Notes under the pieces: model-generated | Seen by the model: the letters and a program-made list of their open reading frames with translations, nothing else | What the model was told of the DNA's origin: nothing | Database searches by the model: none | Made by a program: the position numbers and the translations under genes | Shown: piece by piece, positions 1 through 10,625 of the stretch | Layout of the letters: every line of letters starts with the position of its first letter | Position numbering within the stretch: the stretch's first letter is position 1 | Assembly: GCA_905234845.1 (NCBI GenBank) | Contig: CAJOIW010000025.1 | Coordinates: 2,374-66,373 of the forward strand | Length of the DNA: 64,000 nt | Reading direction: 5' to 3' | Source: an uncultured Prevotella sp. | GTDB lineage: Bacteria > Bacteroidota > Bacteroidia > Bacteroidales > Bacteroidaceae

Positions 1-306
1 CACCATGATACGGTAGTCACGCGCTGAAGCCTCAGTCTCAATACCACTTAAGATAGAGGAGAAATAAAAATGTGTAATTTCGGGTATTATCACCCCAATA
101 ACCTTCAGTGGTCTAACACGCGAACTACGCAAACCCTCTGCCAAAACATTTGGAAAAAAATTATGTTCGCGCGCATATGCCTTGATACGCTCACGCTGGG
201 CGACACTGATGCGCGGGCTGTCCTTCAGCGCACGCGACACCGTTGCCACGCTCACACCAAGTGCACGGGCAATATCTTTCATCGTGATGGGTGCAGTCTC
301 GTTCAT
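1..306 (-). CDS. LacI-family transcriptional regulator (MalR-like); 5' part only, runs off the window
   Basis: Not in the ORF track. Manual minus-strand translation from ATG at 306: MNETAPITMKDIARALGVSVATVSRALKDSPRIS...PNVLAEGLR...IGVIIPEITHFYFSSILSGIE, a classic LacI HTH, hinge helix and start of the sugar-binding domain; open to base 1. Confidence 0.93.
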   Translation of the reverse strand, partial: MNETAPITMKDIARALGVSVATVSRALKDSPRISVAQRERIKAYAREHNFFPNVLAEGLRSSRVRPLKVIGVIIPEITHFYFSSILSGIETEASARDYRIMV

Positions 307-330
307 GACATATCTCTTGTTTTTCCATTG

Positions 331-338
331 CAAAGTTA
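331..338 (-). promoter_or_regulatory. Bacteroidetes -7 promoter element for the LacI gene
   Basis: TAACTTTG on the minus strand matches TAnnTTTG, about 25 nt upstream of the ATG. Confidence 0.65.
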
Positions 339-392
339 AAAAATATAGCCATAACAATGTATTAGCCTTTAAGAACAAATCGGGAAAAGTTT

Positions 393-408
393 GCGCAATC
401 GTTTGCGC
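393..408. promoter_or_regulatory. Putative LacI-family operator
   Basis: GCGCAATCGTTTGCGC, a near-perfect palindrome with central CG, between the divergent lacI and susC. Confidence 0.75.
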
Positions 409-461
409 GTCTTTATTTTCATTTTTAATAAAAAAATTAAGATTTTACTTATAAAGTAATT

Positions 462-469
462 TAATTTTG
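462..469 (+). promoter_or_regulatory. -7 promoter element for the susC operon
   Basis: TAATTTTG matches TAnnTTTG. Confidence 0.6.
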
Positions 470-545
470 CAGGATGAAACATGTGACCTAAGTCAATATC
501 TTAAACAATAATAGCATAAATTACATTAACTTAAAGAATCAAAAC

Positions 546-3500
546 ATGATGAAGCAGGTAAAAATTACATTGCCTCTGAGGATGCTCGCATTGGTGTGTG
601 GGCTTATCCTGTCAGCAAGTGCCTTTGCACAGAACATTACTGTCAATGGCCAGGTTCAAGATGCTACCGGCGAGCCGCTCATCGGTGCCACAGTCCGCGT
701 TGAAGGACAAACTGGCGGCGTGACGACCGACTTCGACGGTAACTTCACGATTGAAGCTCCTCACGGAGCAACTCTCTCAGTAAGCTACATCGGCTATGAG
801 ACGGCACAAGTATCAGCGTCGCCGAACGTGGTGGTAACGCTGCAAGACGATGCCGTACAGTCACTTAATGAAGTAGTGGTCATCGGTTATGGTGCCGTGA
901 AGAAATCAGACCTCACTGGTTCGGTAACGGCCCTCAAGCCCGACTCGAAGAACAAGGGTGTCGTTGTCAGCGCACAAGACATGCTTGGCGGTAAAGTTGC
1001 TGGTGTGAGCGTAACGAATAATGGTGGTGAGCCAGGTGGCGGTTCGCAAATCCGTATTCGTGGTGGTTCGTCACTGAACGCCTCTAACGATCCTCTTATC
1101 GTTATCGACGGTGTGCCCGTGGATAATGCTGGTGCTAGAGGTCTTTCTAACTTCCTCTCTACCATCAACCCGCAAGACATTGAGTCGTTCAACGTGCTGA
1201 AAGACGCTTCTGCAACTGCCATCTATGGTAGCCGCGGTTCTAACGGTGTCATCATCATCACAACGAAAAAGGGTCATAAAGGCCAGAAGCCTACTGTATC
1301 CTATGCAGGAAGTTTCACGGTCAGCATGAAGAACAAGACGATTGACGTGATGAACGGCGACGAGTTCCGTGCCTTCGTCCGCGACAACTTTGGTGCTGAC
1401 TCCGACGCAGCCAAACTGCTTGGTACAGCCAATACCGATTGGCAGAAGGAAATCTATCGTGTTGCCCTTAGCCACGACCACAATGTTACTGTTGCCGGTT
1501 CTGTGGGCGAAGTGCTACCCTACCGTGTATCACTGGGCTACACCAATCAACAAGGTATTTTGAAACGTTCCGACTTTGAACGCTACACCGCTTCGGTTAA
1601 CCTCAATCCCTCGTTCTTCGACGACCACCTCGTACTGAACCTGAACGCCAAGGGTGTGTATGCCAAGACCAACCGCGCCAATACCGGCGCCATCGGTGCA
1701 GCTTTCGACATGGATCCGACACAAGATCCATACAGTTTCACCTCTGAATACCACAAAACACTGCTTGGTGCGAACATGCAACAGACACTGAACAACTTCG
1801 GTGGATATTTCCAGTGGCCGCAAGCCATAGATTATGATGAAACTTGGCCCTACACGCGCAACTCCCAGTCTATCAGCAACCCGCTGGCACTCCTCTACGG
1901 ATCAGAGGATGTGTCGCACAGCCGCGAGTTTGTGGGCAGTGCCGATATTGACTATAAAGTACACGGCTTCGAAGACCTGCGCCTCCACGCTACACTTGGT
2001 GCCGATATATCCCAAGGTACACAGACCTTCCATCAGACTCCTTGGTATGCATGGTATACAGGTTATGACGGATATAGCCGCCAGCTTAAGCGCAACCTCT
2101 CGCTCAGCGCATATGCACAATACTACCATGATTTCAACGACAAGGCCAAGAACCACTTCGACATCATGGCCGGTTATGAGTGGCAGCACTTCTGGTACAA
2201 GGACAAGGGTGACGGATTCGGTATCTATCCAATGACCTATAAGGGAATTGATGCAGAAGGCAAGCCTCTTGCTGGAACAGAGACACCACACGTGGCTTCC
2301 GTTTCTCCGGCAGAGAACTACCTCGTCTCGTTCTTCGGACGTGCCAACTGGAGCCTGATGGATCGCTACTATGTAACGTTCACGATTCGTGACGACGGTT
2401 CTTCACGCTTCGGCGATCACTGGGCACTCTTCCCCTCTGCCGCCTTTGCATGGAGAATGAAAGACGAAGCCCGTCTGGCCGACATCGACTGGCTCTCTGA
2501 CTTAAAGCTTCGCCTCGGTTGGGGTAAGACTGGTCAGCAAGACTTTGGCGACGGTTACGGATGGATTCCGACTTACGAAATGTCACCATATAATATCCAC
2601 GGTCTCTATCCCATCATCGATGCTAACGGCGACGGAAAGATCACTCCTGAAGACGGTAAAACACAGCGTCCCGGCAACTATACACCGAAGCTGAAGTGGG
2701 AAACCACCACAACCTATAACATCGGTCTCGACTGGGGTCTCTTCAACCAGCGCCTCTCTGGAAGCATCGACTGGTATCACCGCAAGACCACAGACCTTAT
2801 CAACTACGCAACAACTGTAGCCATGACCTCCAACCGTAACATGGCTAACCAGAACATCGGTTCTTTGACCAACACTGGTGTTGAAGCATCTTTGAGTTGG
2901 AAAGCCATTCAGGCAAAAGACTGGTACTGGGTTATCGACTACAACTTCACATACAACAACAACAAGATCACCGATCTCCCTGACGTGAGCAAAGACCAAC
3001 CGAAAGAAAACGGTAATATTGGTAACCTCGGACGTTATGTAGAGTATTACCAGATTGGCTATCCCGCCAACTCATTCTACGTATACCAGCAGGTTTACGA
3101 CCAGAACGGCCATGCCATTGAAGGTGCCGTTGTAGACCGTAACGCTGACGGTGTTATCTCCGAAGCCGATAAGTATTTCTACAAGAGCCCGATGGCTCCT
3201 GTGACGATGGGTCTGTCTTCACGTCTGGAATATAAGAACTGGGATCTCGGTTTCAACCTCCGCGCCAACATCGGTAATTATGTATTCAACAACATCGAAG
3301 CTGGACGTGCGAACGTAAGCGAGGCAGCTGTTTACACCACTCAGAATGGTGGATCTCTGCGCAACCGTCCTGTTGTTTCGCTCAACGAGATGTGGCAATC
3401 GTATGAACTCACCTCTCAGCTCTCCGACCGTTTCGTTCACAATGCATCGTTCCTCAAGTGTGACAACATCACACTGGGTTACAGCTTTGCCAATCTGCTG

Positions 3501-3668
3501 AAGATGGGTAATTACCAAGGAGTAGGCGGACGTATCTACGCTACAGTATCCAATGTATTCACTATCACGAAGTACAAAGGAATTGATCCTGAAATCTCCA
3601 ATGGCTATGACAACGAGCTCTATCCTCGTCCAACGTCATTCATCATTGGTTTGAATCTTAACTTCTAA
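546..3668 (+). CDS. susC: SusC/RagA TonB-dependent outer-membrane transporter
   Basis: Signal peptide, N-terminal GEPLIGATV domain, LNEVVVIGYG, plug motif DIESFNVLKDASATAIYGSRGSNGVIIITTKKG, LKWETT, C-terminal F. Confidence 0.97.
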   Translation: MMKQVKITLPLRMLALVCGLILSASAFAQNITVNGQVQDATGEPLIGATVRVEGQTGGVTTDFDGNFTIEAPHGATLSVSYIGYETAQVSASPNVVVTLQDDAVQSLNEVVVIGYGAVKKSDLTGSVTALKPDSKNKGVVVSAQDMLGGKVAGVSVTNNGGEPGGGSQIRIRGGSSLNASNDPLIVIDGVPVDNAGARGLSNFLSTINPQDIESFNVLKDASATAIYGSRGSNGVIIITTKKGHKGQKPTVSYAGSFTVSMKNKTIDVMNGDEFRAFVRDNFGADSDAAKLLGTANTDWQKEIYRVALSHDHNVTVAGSVGEVLPYRVSLGYTNQQGILKRSDFERYTASVNLNPSFFDDHLVLNLNAKGVYAKTNRANTGAIGAAFDMDPTQDPYSFTSEYHKTLLGANMQQTLNNFGGYFQWPQAIDYDETWPYTRNSQSISNPLALLYGSEDVSHSREFVGSADIDYKVHGFEDLRLHATLGADISQGTQTFHQTPWYAWYTGYDGYSRQLKRNLSLSAYAQYYHDFNDKAKNHFDIMAGYEWQHFWYKDKGDGFGIYPMTYKGIDAEGKPLAGTETPHVASVSPAENYLVSFFGRANWSLMDRYYVTFTIRDDGSSRFGDHWALFPSAAFAWRMKDEARLADIDWLSDLKLRLGWGKTGQQDFGDGYGWIPTYEMSPYNIHGLYPIIDANGDGKITPEDGKTQRPGNYTPKLKWETTTTYNIGLDWGLFNQRLSGSIDWYHRKTTDLINYATTVAMTSNRNMANQNIGSLTNTGVEASLSWKAIQAKDWYWVIDYNFTYNNNKITDLPDVSKDQPKENGNIGNLGRYVEYYQIGYPANSFYVYQQVYDQNGHAIEGAVVDRNADGVISEADKYFYKSPMAPVTMGLSSRLEYKNWDLGFNLRANIGNYVFNNIEAGRANVSEAAVYTTQNGGSLRNRPVVSLNEMWQSYELTSQLSDRFVHNASFLKCDNITLGYSFANLLKMGNYQGVGGRIYATVSNVFTITKYKGIDPEISNGYDNELYPRPTSFIIGLNLNF

Positions 3669-3694
3669 TTTAAAAATATTAAGGAATAAAAGCT

Positions 3695-5308
3695 ATGAAA
3701 AAGTATATGAGAAATATTATTCCCGTAGCAGCATTGGCACTTACCGTAGGCATGGCATCTTGTACAAAGGATCTTGATGTCACTCCGCTCGACGAAGGCC
3801 GCCAGACAACCTATGATGTCAATGCCCTGTTTACGAAATGCTACAGCGTGTTAGCACTTGAAGGCAATGAAGGTGCCGACTCAGGTAGCGACATCGACGG
3901 TATGGATGGTGGTATGTCGGGCTTTGTCCGCCAATTATGGAACTCCAACGAACTTACCACAGATGAAGCCATCTGCTGGTGGGGAGACCCTGGTATCTCT
4001 GAGTTCTGCACTAATGACTACAGCCCCAGCCATCCTATGCTCAACGGTTTCTATAGTCGTCTGACCACAGCCATCAACTTTGCCAACACCTATCTGGCAG
4101 TAGAGGCTGACCACGATGCGAAGATGACCGCTGAAGTGCGTTTCCTCCGCGCTATGGAGTATTACTATCTGATGGATGCCTTTGGAAATGTGCCTTTTAC
4201 CACTACTCCACTGACAACCCCATCACGCATGACGCGTGCTGAAATGTACGAGTGGCTTATCAATGAGATCAACGAGATTGAGCCACAATTATCTGCCGCA
4301 AAACCAAAGAAGTCTACCGATGTAGGTTACGGCCGTGTTGATCAGGCTGCCGCATGGATGCTCCTTGCTCGCCTCTACCTCAATGCAGAGGTTTACACCG
4401 GTACACCACAGTGGGCAAAAGCCGCTGAATATGCCAAGAAGGTTATGGATTCTGGTTACAAGCTGAATACAGAAGGCAAAGGTGGCTGGTCGGCTTACCA
4501 GATGCTCTTCATGGGTGATAATGGTGAGACCGACGCCGCTTATGAAGCCGTATTCCCCATGCTGGCCGACGGTGTATATGCAACGGGTTATGCCAACGCA
4601 TTCTTCCTCATCGCCTCAACCTTTGACGGTGACATGCACGAGAACCCCAATTCTCCTGAAGTTACAAATGGAACCGACCAGACATGGGCGGGCAACCGTG
4701 CTCGTCCGCAGCTCGTTCAGAAATTCTTCGACAACACCGACGACGTGCCAGAACTTCCCGCTTATCTGATGTGGCAAGTTGCCGGCGATGACCGCGCATT
4801 GTTCAACAACATCGGCCACTCGCTGAGCACTGAAGACAACACTGATTTCAAGCAGGGTTGGGGTGTTGCCAAGTTCAACAACTTCAAGACCGACGGTTCG
4901 ATTGGTCACAACACCAAATTCCCCGATACCGATTGGTTCCTCATGCGTGTTGCTGAGGCATATCTGACCTATGCCGAGGCGCTTGCCCGCCAGAATGGCA
5001 ATATTGCCCGTGGCGAAGCTGCTGATGCTATCAATGCCATTCGTAACCGTGCTCACGCCACCACGAAGACCGCCTACACACTTGACGAGATTCTCGACGA
5101 GTGGAGCCGCGAATTCTACTTTGAGGGCCGTCGCCGTACCGACCTCGTTCGTCATGGCAAGTTCGGTGGCACCAATGGCTACAACTGGGAATGGAAGGGC
5201 GGAGCCAAGAATGGCCGCAACTTCGAGGCATACAGAAATATATTTGCCATCCCTGCCAATCAGGTAAGAGGTGCTATTACGCAAAATCCAGGTTATCCTG
5301 TAAACTAA
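3695..5308 (+). CDS. susD: SusD/RagB glycan-binding lipoprotein
   Basis: Lipobox GMASC, AEVRFLRA..YYYLMDAFGNVP, MRVAEAYLTYAEA, EWSREFYFEGRRRTDLVR, QNPGY; directly after susC. Confidence 0.96.
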   Translation: MKKYMRNIIPVAALALTVGMASCTKDLDVTPLDEGRQTTYDVNALFTKCYSVLALEGNEGADSGSDIDGMDGGMSGFVRQLWNSNELTTDEAICWWGDPGISEFCTNDYSPSHPMLNGFYSRLTTAINFANTYLAVEADHDAKMTAEVRFLRAMEYYYLMDAFGNVPFTTTPLTTPSRMTRAEMYEWLINEINEIEPQLSAAKPKKSTDVGYGRVDQAAAWMLLARLYLNAEVYTGTPQWAKAAEYAKKVMDSGYKLNTEGKGGWSAYQMLFMGDNGETDAAYEAVFPMLADGVYATGYANAFFLIASTFDGDMHENPNSPEVTNGTDQTWAGNRARPQLVQKFFDNTDDVPELPAYLMWQVAGDDRALFNNIGHSLSTEDNTDFKQGWGVAKFNNFKTDGSIGHNTKFPDTDWFLMRVAEAYLTYAEALARQNGNIARGEAADAINAIRNRAHATTKTAYTLDEILDEWSREFYFEGRRRTDLVRHGKFGGTNGYNWEWKGGAKNGRNFEAYRNIFAIPANQVRGAITQNPGYPVN

Positions 5309-5329
5309 GTAAAGGAAAGGAATTAGAAT

Positions 5330-6250
5330 ATGAAAAAGATGATTAAATCTGCCTTAGGGCTACTTTGCTGCGTATGCCTCTTCACTGCATGTAGTGACGA
5401 CAACGACGCAAACCCCGTAATACAGACTCCCACACAATTTGTGGTGAATACTCCCGCCATGGCGGAACAATACATTCAGCTCTCTCAATCCAACAAGGTG
5501 AACCTCTCTTGGTCGCAGCCTGACTACGGTTTCAATGCCAAGGCTGTCTACAAGGTGCAGGTAGGTCTTGTAGAGAATGGTACTATCAAATGGAATGAAG
5601 AGAACGGCCAACCCAAGTATCTTGAGACACCCTTCACTTCTTGCAATGTAAATATCAGCGGTGAAGAAATTGCTACTGCCATCTGCGAACTTGACGGTAT
5701 CACCAGTGAGACCATCGACAACTATGTGGACAAAGGCTTCCGTGAGATTGCCATGCGTGTAAGAGCAAGCTACGTTACCGAGACACCTGAAAAGGAAATT
5801 CCTGGTACGGAGATTGTTTCCAACATCGTTACCTTCAAGCACATGGCAGCATACTGCGCCGTGAAGAGCCCGGGCATTATCTACCTTGTTGGTAACTGCA
5901 CCGGATGGACAGAACCCAGCGAGAAGAACGCCGGTCACTATGCTTCTTGGCGTGTCGTTGAGACCGCAATCGGCAGCAATGTCTTTGTCGGCACATTCGA
6001 GATGCCCGCAGGTGATCTGCAGTTCCGCTTCTACACGAAGCTTACGGGCTGGGAAGACGACTCTATGGGTCCGCAAGTAGACGACGCAGGCGTTGAGAGC
6101 GAGTTCACAGAAGGAGTCTTCGAAGGCGACATTGATGCTGGTAAGGGAACATGGCTCTTCCACAACTTCCCTGGCGGCAATCTCAAGGTCACGGTCGACA
6201 TGACTCAGAAGAAAGTGAAGTTTGAACTAGTAGGTTTTTATTTTATGTAA
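5330..6250 (+). CDS. SusE-like surface glycan-binding lipoprotein
   Basis: Lipobox FTAC followed by acidic SDDND export signal, LSWSQPDYG SusE-type N-domain, C-terminal IYLVG..TGW module. Confidence 0.8.
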   Translation: MKKMIKSALGLLCCVCLFTACSDDNDANPVIQTPTQFVVNTPAMAEQYIQLSQSNKVNLSWSQPDYGFNAKAVYKVQVGLVENGTIKWNEENGQPKYLETPFTSCNVNISGEEIATAICELDGITSETIDNYVDKGFREIAMRVRASYVTETPEKEIPGTEIVSNIVTFKHMAAYCAVKSPGIIYLVGNCTGWTEPSEKNAGHYASWRVVETAIGSNVFVGTFEMPAGDLQFRFYTKLTGWEDDSMGPQVDDAGVESEFTEGVFEGDIDAGKGTWLFHNFPGGNLKVTVDMTQKKVKFELVGFYFM

Positions 6251-6269
6251 AATAAAAAGTAAGTAATAT

Positions 6270-7895
6270 ATGAAAAAGTTAAGTTTATATATGATGGCTT
6301 TCCTCGCGATGGGGTTTGCTGCTTGTGACGACGGTTATAATTTTGACCCCGAAGCCGGTCCACAGTCTAACCTCCCGGAAAGTCTGTTGAAAGTGGATGA
6401 CGTTACTGTCACCACTACATCGCAGGTCATCAATCTTGCCGACTATCTCAATGTAGAAACAGAAGAGGAAACTCCGGTTTCCTTCGGTGCGGTAACAGTG
6501 AGAGACGGTGCTATGCCTGCTAACACTATCTTGAAGGCTGTAGTAGAAATGTCTACTGATGCCGATTTCTCGAAGAAGATTACTCTCGACGCAGAGAGTC
6601 TCGACGGTACGAACGAGATTTGTGTTATGCCCAGCACCATACAGGATGCCTATTACAACAACCTGACTCACAATCCTAACACAAAGCAAGTGTATGTGCG
6701 CACTATTCTTTACACTATCACGAATGGTGAGTCAGAAGCTATCGTAGGCAAACCGGGCGAGAACTATTTCGACACTCACACGGTTACGTTCACTCCGCTC
6801 AACACTGGTGTGAAGATTTCAAACAAGTACTACATTGTTGGAACACCTAACGGCTGGAGCAACAGTGCAACAGGTGCTGTTGCCGTACCATTCGAACACA
6901 GCGATGCCGATGTTTACGACGATCCTATCTTCACAGTTGTCATTGATGCTACTTATGACGGAGGCAACCGTGCCGACACCTGGTTCAGCATCCTCGCTGG
7001 CGATGATGTTGACGCGTTCGTAGGCGGTGACTGGAGCGTGCTCTATGGTAATAACGTCGGAAATGGCGATGAAAGCCTTACAGGTGTGCTCACTCAGCGC
7101 AGTGTCTTTGGTGGCGACTGCAACATGAAGATGCCTGCCGAAGACGGAGCTACAAGTTATCAGATAACAATCGATGTTCTTGAGGGTACCTATACCGTTA
7201 CTCCGCTCAACGACAATGGCGCTATCATCGATACCGATCCTATCCTTTACCTCACCGGTAGCAATCCCGACTACAACTGGGGCAGCAAGTGGGTACCGCT
7301 TATACCTGTTTGCAATCAGTGGTCAGATGATGCTGCGTTGACGGCAAAGATGGAGGTCATGTCGTGGATTATCATCTACCTCAGTGAAGGTGAGGAGTTC
7401 AAATTTGCTCCACAAGCTGGATGGGGTAGCGACTTCGGAATGTCGGCTACTGTTACTGACATTGACGTAACCGGTGATGCCAATACCCACGTATTCGACC
7501 CGTCGAGCGGCGATAACATCAAGATGACGAAGTCGGGCTGGTATCTGCTCAAGGTTACCAACACCGAGGGTGCCCGCAAGGTTGAGTTCCTCAAGCCAAA
7601 CGTTTACCTCATTGGTAACACGTCGCCTGCTGGTTGGAACACCGACGCAAGCGGTTTGTTCACCGCGCCGACAGATAAGGGTGGCCAGTTTGTCTCGCCT
7701 GCGTTCATTGCTGACGATGAGGTTCGCATGTGCGTAAGTCTTGGTGAAGGCATCGACTGGTGGCGTGCTGAGTTCATTGCCAACGGCGGACAGATTGACT
7801 TCCGTGGCAATGGTGGCGACCAAGGCCGCGTAAGAGTGAAGACTGGCCAGAAGTGCTATCTGAACTTCGGTCTCGGATCAGGACTCTACAAGTAA
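6270..7895 (+). CDS. SusF/SusE-like multi-module surface glycan-binding lipoprotein
   Basis: Lipobox FAAC-DD; three YYIVG/LYLTG/VYLIG..W modules; C-terminal DWWRAEF typical of the SusE/F last module. Confidence 0.8.
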   Translation: MKKLSLYMMAFLAMGFAACDDGYNFDPEAGPQSNLPESLLKVDDVTVTTTSQVINLADYLNVETEEETPVSFGAVTVRDGAMPANTILKAVVEMSTDADFSKKITLDAESLDGTNEICVMPSTIQDAYYNNLTHNPNTKQVYVRTILYTITNGESEAIVGKPGENYFDTHTVTFTPLNTGVKISNKYYIVGTPNGWSNSATGAVAVPFEHSDADVYDDPIFTVVIDATYDGGNRADTWFSILAGDDVDAFVGGDWSVLYGNNVGNGDESLTGVLTQRSVFGGDCNMKMPAEDGATSYQITIDVLEGTYTVTPLNDNGAIIDTDPILYLTGSNPDYNWGSKWVPLIPVCNQWSDDAALTAKMEVMSWIIIYLSEGEEFKFAPQAGWGSDFGMSATVTDIDVTGDANTHVFDPSSGDNIKMTKSGWYLLKVTNTEGARKVEFLKPNVYLIGNTSPAGWNTDASGLFTAPTDKGGQFVSPAFIADDEVRMCVSLGEGIDWWRAEFIANGGQIDFRGNGGDQGRVRVKTGQKCYLNFGLGSGLYK

Positions 7896-7932
7896 GATTT
7901 CCTCTCTTTGCCATTACTTATGGCGAAGAACT

Positions 7933-7967
7933 AAAAAGGCGGTTCCCGTAGGAAACCGCCTTTTTTT
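7933..7967 (+). terminator. Intrinsic terminator of the sus operon
   Basis: AAAAAGGCGGTT-loop-AACCGCCTTTTTTT. Confidence 0.9.
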
Positions 7968-7987
7968 GTTGAAAATGTTGATAATCT

Positions 7988-8018
7988 TTTGCATTTTCAA
8001 AAATATCCGCTATCTTTG
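7988..8018 (+). promoter_or_regulatory. Promoter for amylase 1
   Basis: TTTG (-33), 19-nt spacer, TATCTTTG (-7). Confidence 0.75.
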
Positions 8019-8045
8019 CAACATGAAATGCTAAATATTGTCAAT

Positions 8046-10157
8046 ATGAAACGCGTTTATACTTTACTTTTCTGTCTTGCCCTGCTTAGCGGCACAGCGC
8101 GGGCTGCCGACGGCTGGCCTGCTAACTATGGGGGAGTGATGCTACAAGCTTTTTACTGGGACTCCTATTGGGATACCAAGTGGACCAATCTTCAGGCTCA
8201 GGCATGGGATCTCGCCCAGTCGTTCGAACTTGTATGGATTCCTCAGAGTGCCTACTGCGGCGGTCAGTCGATGGGCTACGACGACTTATACTGGTTCACT
8301 AACTACAATAGTTCGTTCGGCAACGAGTCCCAACTGCGCTCGCTTATAACGACGTTTAAAGCTAACAACATCGGAACCATCGCCGACGTGGTTATCAACC
8401 ACCGACGCAATGTGTCCAGCTGGGTAGATTTCCCTGCCGAGACCTACAAGGGAGTGACCTATCAGCTGCAGTCTACCGACATCTGCCGCGACGACGACGG
8501 TGGGGCTGCGTTCACCTGGGCCACCAAAAACGGCTACCAGCTCTCGCCCAACAACGACACGGGCGAAGGCTGGGACGGCATGCGCGACCTCGACCACAAA
8601 TCCGAGAACGTGCAGAAAAGTGTCAAGGCCTACCTCCACATGCTGCTTGAAGACTTTGGCTATACGGGATTCCGCTACGATATGGTAAAAGGCTACTCTG
8701 CCAGTTTCACTAAGATTTACAACGAAGACAGCAACCCCTCCTTCAGCGTAGGTGAGTGTTGGGACAGCTCTAACACCATCCGCAACTGGATTGAAGGAAC
8801 TGGGAAAACCTCTGCGGCCTTCGACTTCCAGTTCAAATATACTGTGCGCAATGCTGCTGACAAAAACGACTGGACTTTCTTGGGTAAGCAGAACGATGGT
8901 AACTGGCCGCTCGTCAGTGTCAACTTCAATAATGGCGCCTACCGCCGTTATGCCGTAACGTTTGTAGAGAATCATGACACCGAGGTTCGGCCCGATGGTT
9001 CATCAAACGGCCCGTTGAAGAAAGACACGCTTGCCGCCAATGCCTATATGCTGGCTATGCCTGGAACGCCCTGCATCTTCCTCAAGCACTGGCAAGACTA
9101 TAAGAAAGATATCAAGGCTATGATTGACGCTCGCAAGATGGCTGGCATTACCAACGAGAGTGCCACGCTCAACTTTGCCAGTAATAAATCCTACTATGCA
9201 CTGCGCACTACTGGTAGCACAGGTCAGTTGTTCTGTGTGGTAGGACCAGGTGCTGCCACCTATACGCCTGCCGGACAATGGACAAAGATTCTCAGCGGAT
9301 TGAAGTATGCCTATTATTTCGCGCCATCAATGGAGACTCCCTTTGTGACACTCGGGTCGGGCAAGTACGAGGATGCCCAGAGGGCGCAGCTTGTGGCCGT
9401 GTCGCAAAACAGTGGCGCACAACTTGTCTATACAACCAATGGTTCAAATCCCACAGCCACCAATGGTACAAAGGTTGCCTCAGGCACCGAAATCACCATC
9501 CCCGTGGGCGAGACCACGCTCAAGGTGGGTCTCTTAGTGAACGGAGCCGTAACAAAGGTCATCACCCGCACTTACAATATCAGCGAGCCGTCATCGTTCG
9601 AACCCTATCAGGTGACTGTCCATGTGAATGTCGACAAGGTGGCATGGTCGCCGGTGAACTTCTGGACGTGGGGTGAGGGCAAATATAGTGGTAAGCATGG
9701 CACCACTGCAGGCAAGTGGCCGGGCGACATCATCACTGCTACTAAGCAAGTTAAGGGTCGCACATGGTACTATAAGACCGACACCATCACTGGCGAGGAC
9801 GATGCTGTGAACCTCGTTGTCAGCACTGGAACGGGCTCACCTCAGACAGTTAATGCCATGGATATTACCAAAGATGTCTACCTCGAGGTGCAAAACGAGA
9901 AAGATGCTAATGAGACTTCAAAATACGTCATCAAGGATGTGACTGAGGAAATAACGACGGGCATCAATAGCGCTTCGCTAATGAATAATGAAGAAATGAA
10001 TAATTCTTCATTTATCTATGACCTGCAAGGCCGCAAGGTCGCTACGCTAACGAAGAATGAGCCTGTCGGTAACCATCACTCTCAACTCTCAATGCTCAAT
10101 TCTCAATTGAAGAAGGGTGTTTACATCGTTGACGGCAAAAAAGTCGTCATTAGATAG
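8046..10157 (+). CDS. Secreted GH13 alpha-amylase with Fn3/CHB_HEX_C-like domain, one CBM26-like module and T9SS-type CTD
   Basis: Start set at MKRVY (signal peptide). VMLQAFYWDS, DVVINH, GFRYDMVKGY, VGECWD, FVENHDT catalytic motifs; YTTNGSNPT; tail YDLQGRKV...KGVYIVDGKKVVIR. Confidence 0.92.
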   Translation: MKRVYTLLFCLALLSGTARAADGWPANYGGVMLQAFYWDSYWDTKWTNLQAQAWDLAQSFELVWIPQSAYCGGQSMGYDDLYWFTNYNSSFGNESQLRSLITTFKANNIGTIADVVINHRRNVSSWVDFPAETYKGVTYQLQSTDICRDDDGGAAFTWATKNGYQLSPNNDTGEGWDGMRDLDHKSENVQKSVKAYLHMLLEDFGYTGFRYDMVKGYSASFTKIYNEDSNPSFSVGECWDSSNTIRNWIEGTGKTSAAFDFQFKYTVRNAADKNDWTFLGKQNDGNWPLVSVNFNNGAYRRYAVTFVENHDTEVRPDGSSNGPLKKDTLAANAYMLAMPGTPCIFLKHWQDYKKDIKAMIDARKMAGITNESATLNFASNKSYYALRTTGSTGQLFCVVGPGAATYTPAGQWTKILSGLKYAYYFAPSMETPFVTLGSGKYEDAQRAQLVAVSQNSGAQLVYTTNGSNPTATNGTKVASGTEITIPVGETTLKVGLLVNGAVTKVITRTYNISEPSSFEPYQVTVHVNVDKVAWSPVNFWTWGEGKYSGKHGTTAGKWPGDIITATKQVKGRTWYYKTDTITGEDDAVNLVVSTGTGSPQTVNAMDITKDVYLEVQNEKDANETSKYVIKDVTEEITTGINSASLMNNEEMNNSSFIYDLQGRKVATLTKNEPVGNHHSQLSMLNSQLKKGVYIVDGKKVVIR

Positions 10158-10184
10158 CACGAAATAGAATAGTAGCGATTTTAA

Positions 10185-10230
10185 ACAAAAATCCGGCGGA
10201 AATGTTAAAATCTTCCGTCGGATTTTTTGT
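10185..10230 (+). terminator. Intrinsic terminator
   Basis: AAAAATCCGGCGGAA-loop-TTCCGTCGGATTTTTT. Confidence 0.8.
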
Positions 10231-10306
10231 CATTTTAGCAACCGAAAGCACCATTTTCCCCCTACTTCTCTCCCCTTTCACCCGCATTTTTGTCCCCTTT
10301 CCATCC

Positions 10307-10410
10307 GAAACATATATGTTTCACCGTGCAAAAGATGGTCTTTTGCACCCCGAAAGACCATCTTTCGGAGGATGAAAGCTAAGCTCTCGGAAGTGAAACG
10401 TATATCTTCA
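10307..10410. repeat. 22-bp-phased palindrome array (5 units)
   Basis: GAAACATATATGTTTC, AAAAGATGGTCTTTT, GAAAGACCATCTTTC, GAAAGCTAAGCTCTC, GAAACGTATATCTTC; unit ends at 10322/10344/10366/10388/about 10410. Confidence 0.85.
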
Positions 10411-10625
10411 CGAAACGACTTATAAACCCTATTAGACTTATCTAATCTTATATGCTTTATTCTCAGCGAGTTAGCCAAAACGGTATATTTTGACTAATTT
10501 TGCATCAAAACGGCATGGCGGTGGAGAATTTTCCATTTTCCGAATAAGAAGACCTTCTCACATTAACTTAAAAATGTTAAAGAAAAGCCCGACATCTCAA
10601 AATGACCTACGGATCGCGCAAACAG

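Noticed and set aside
70-454. Plus-strand ORFs 70..339 and 182..454
   Set aside because: Shadows of the minus-strand LacI gene and its promoter region
7989-8045. Upstream-extended starts in the ORF track (7989, 18633, 30893, 38862, 47150, 47163, 49051, 50941, 58476)
   Set aside because: Extensions cross promoter boxes or neighbouring genes; downstream starts give proper signal peptides or family N-termini
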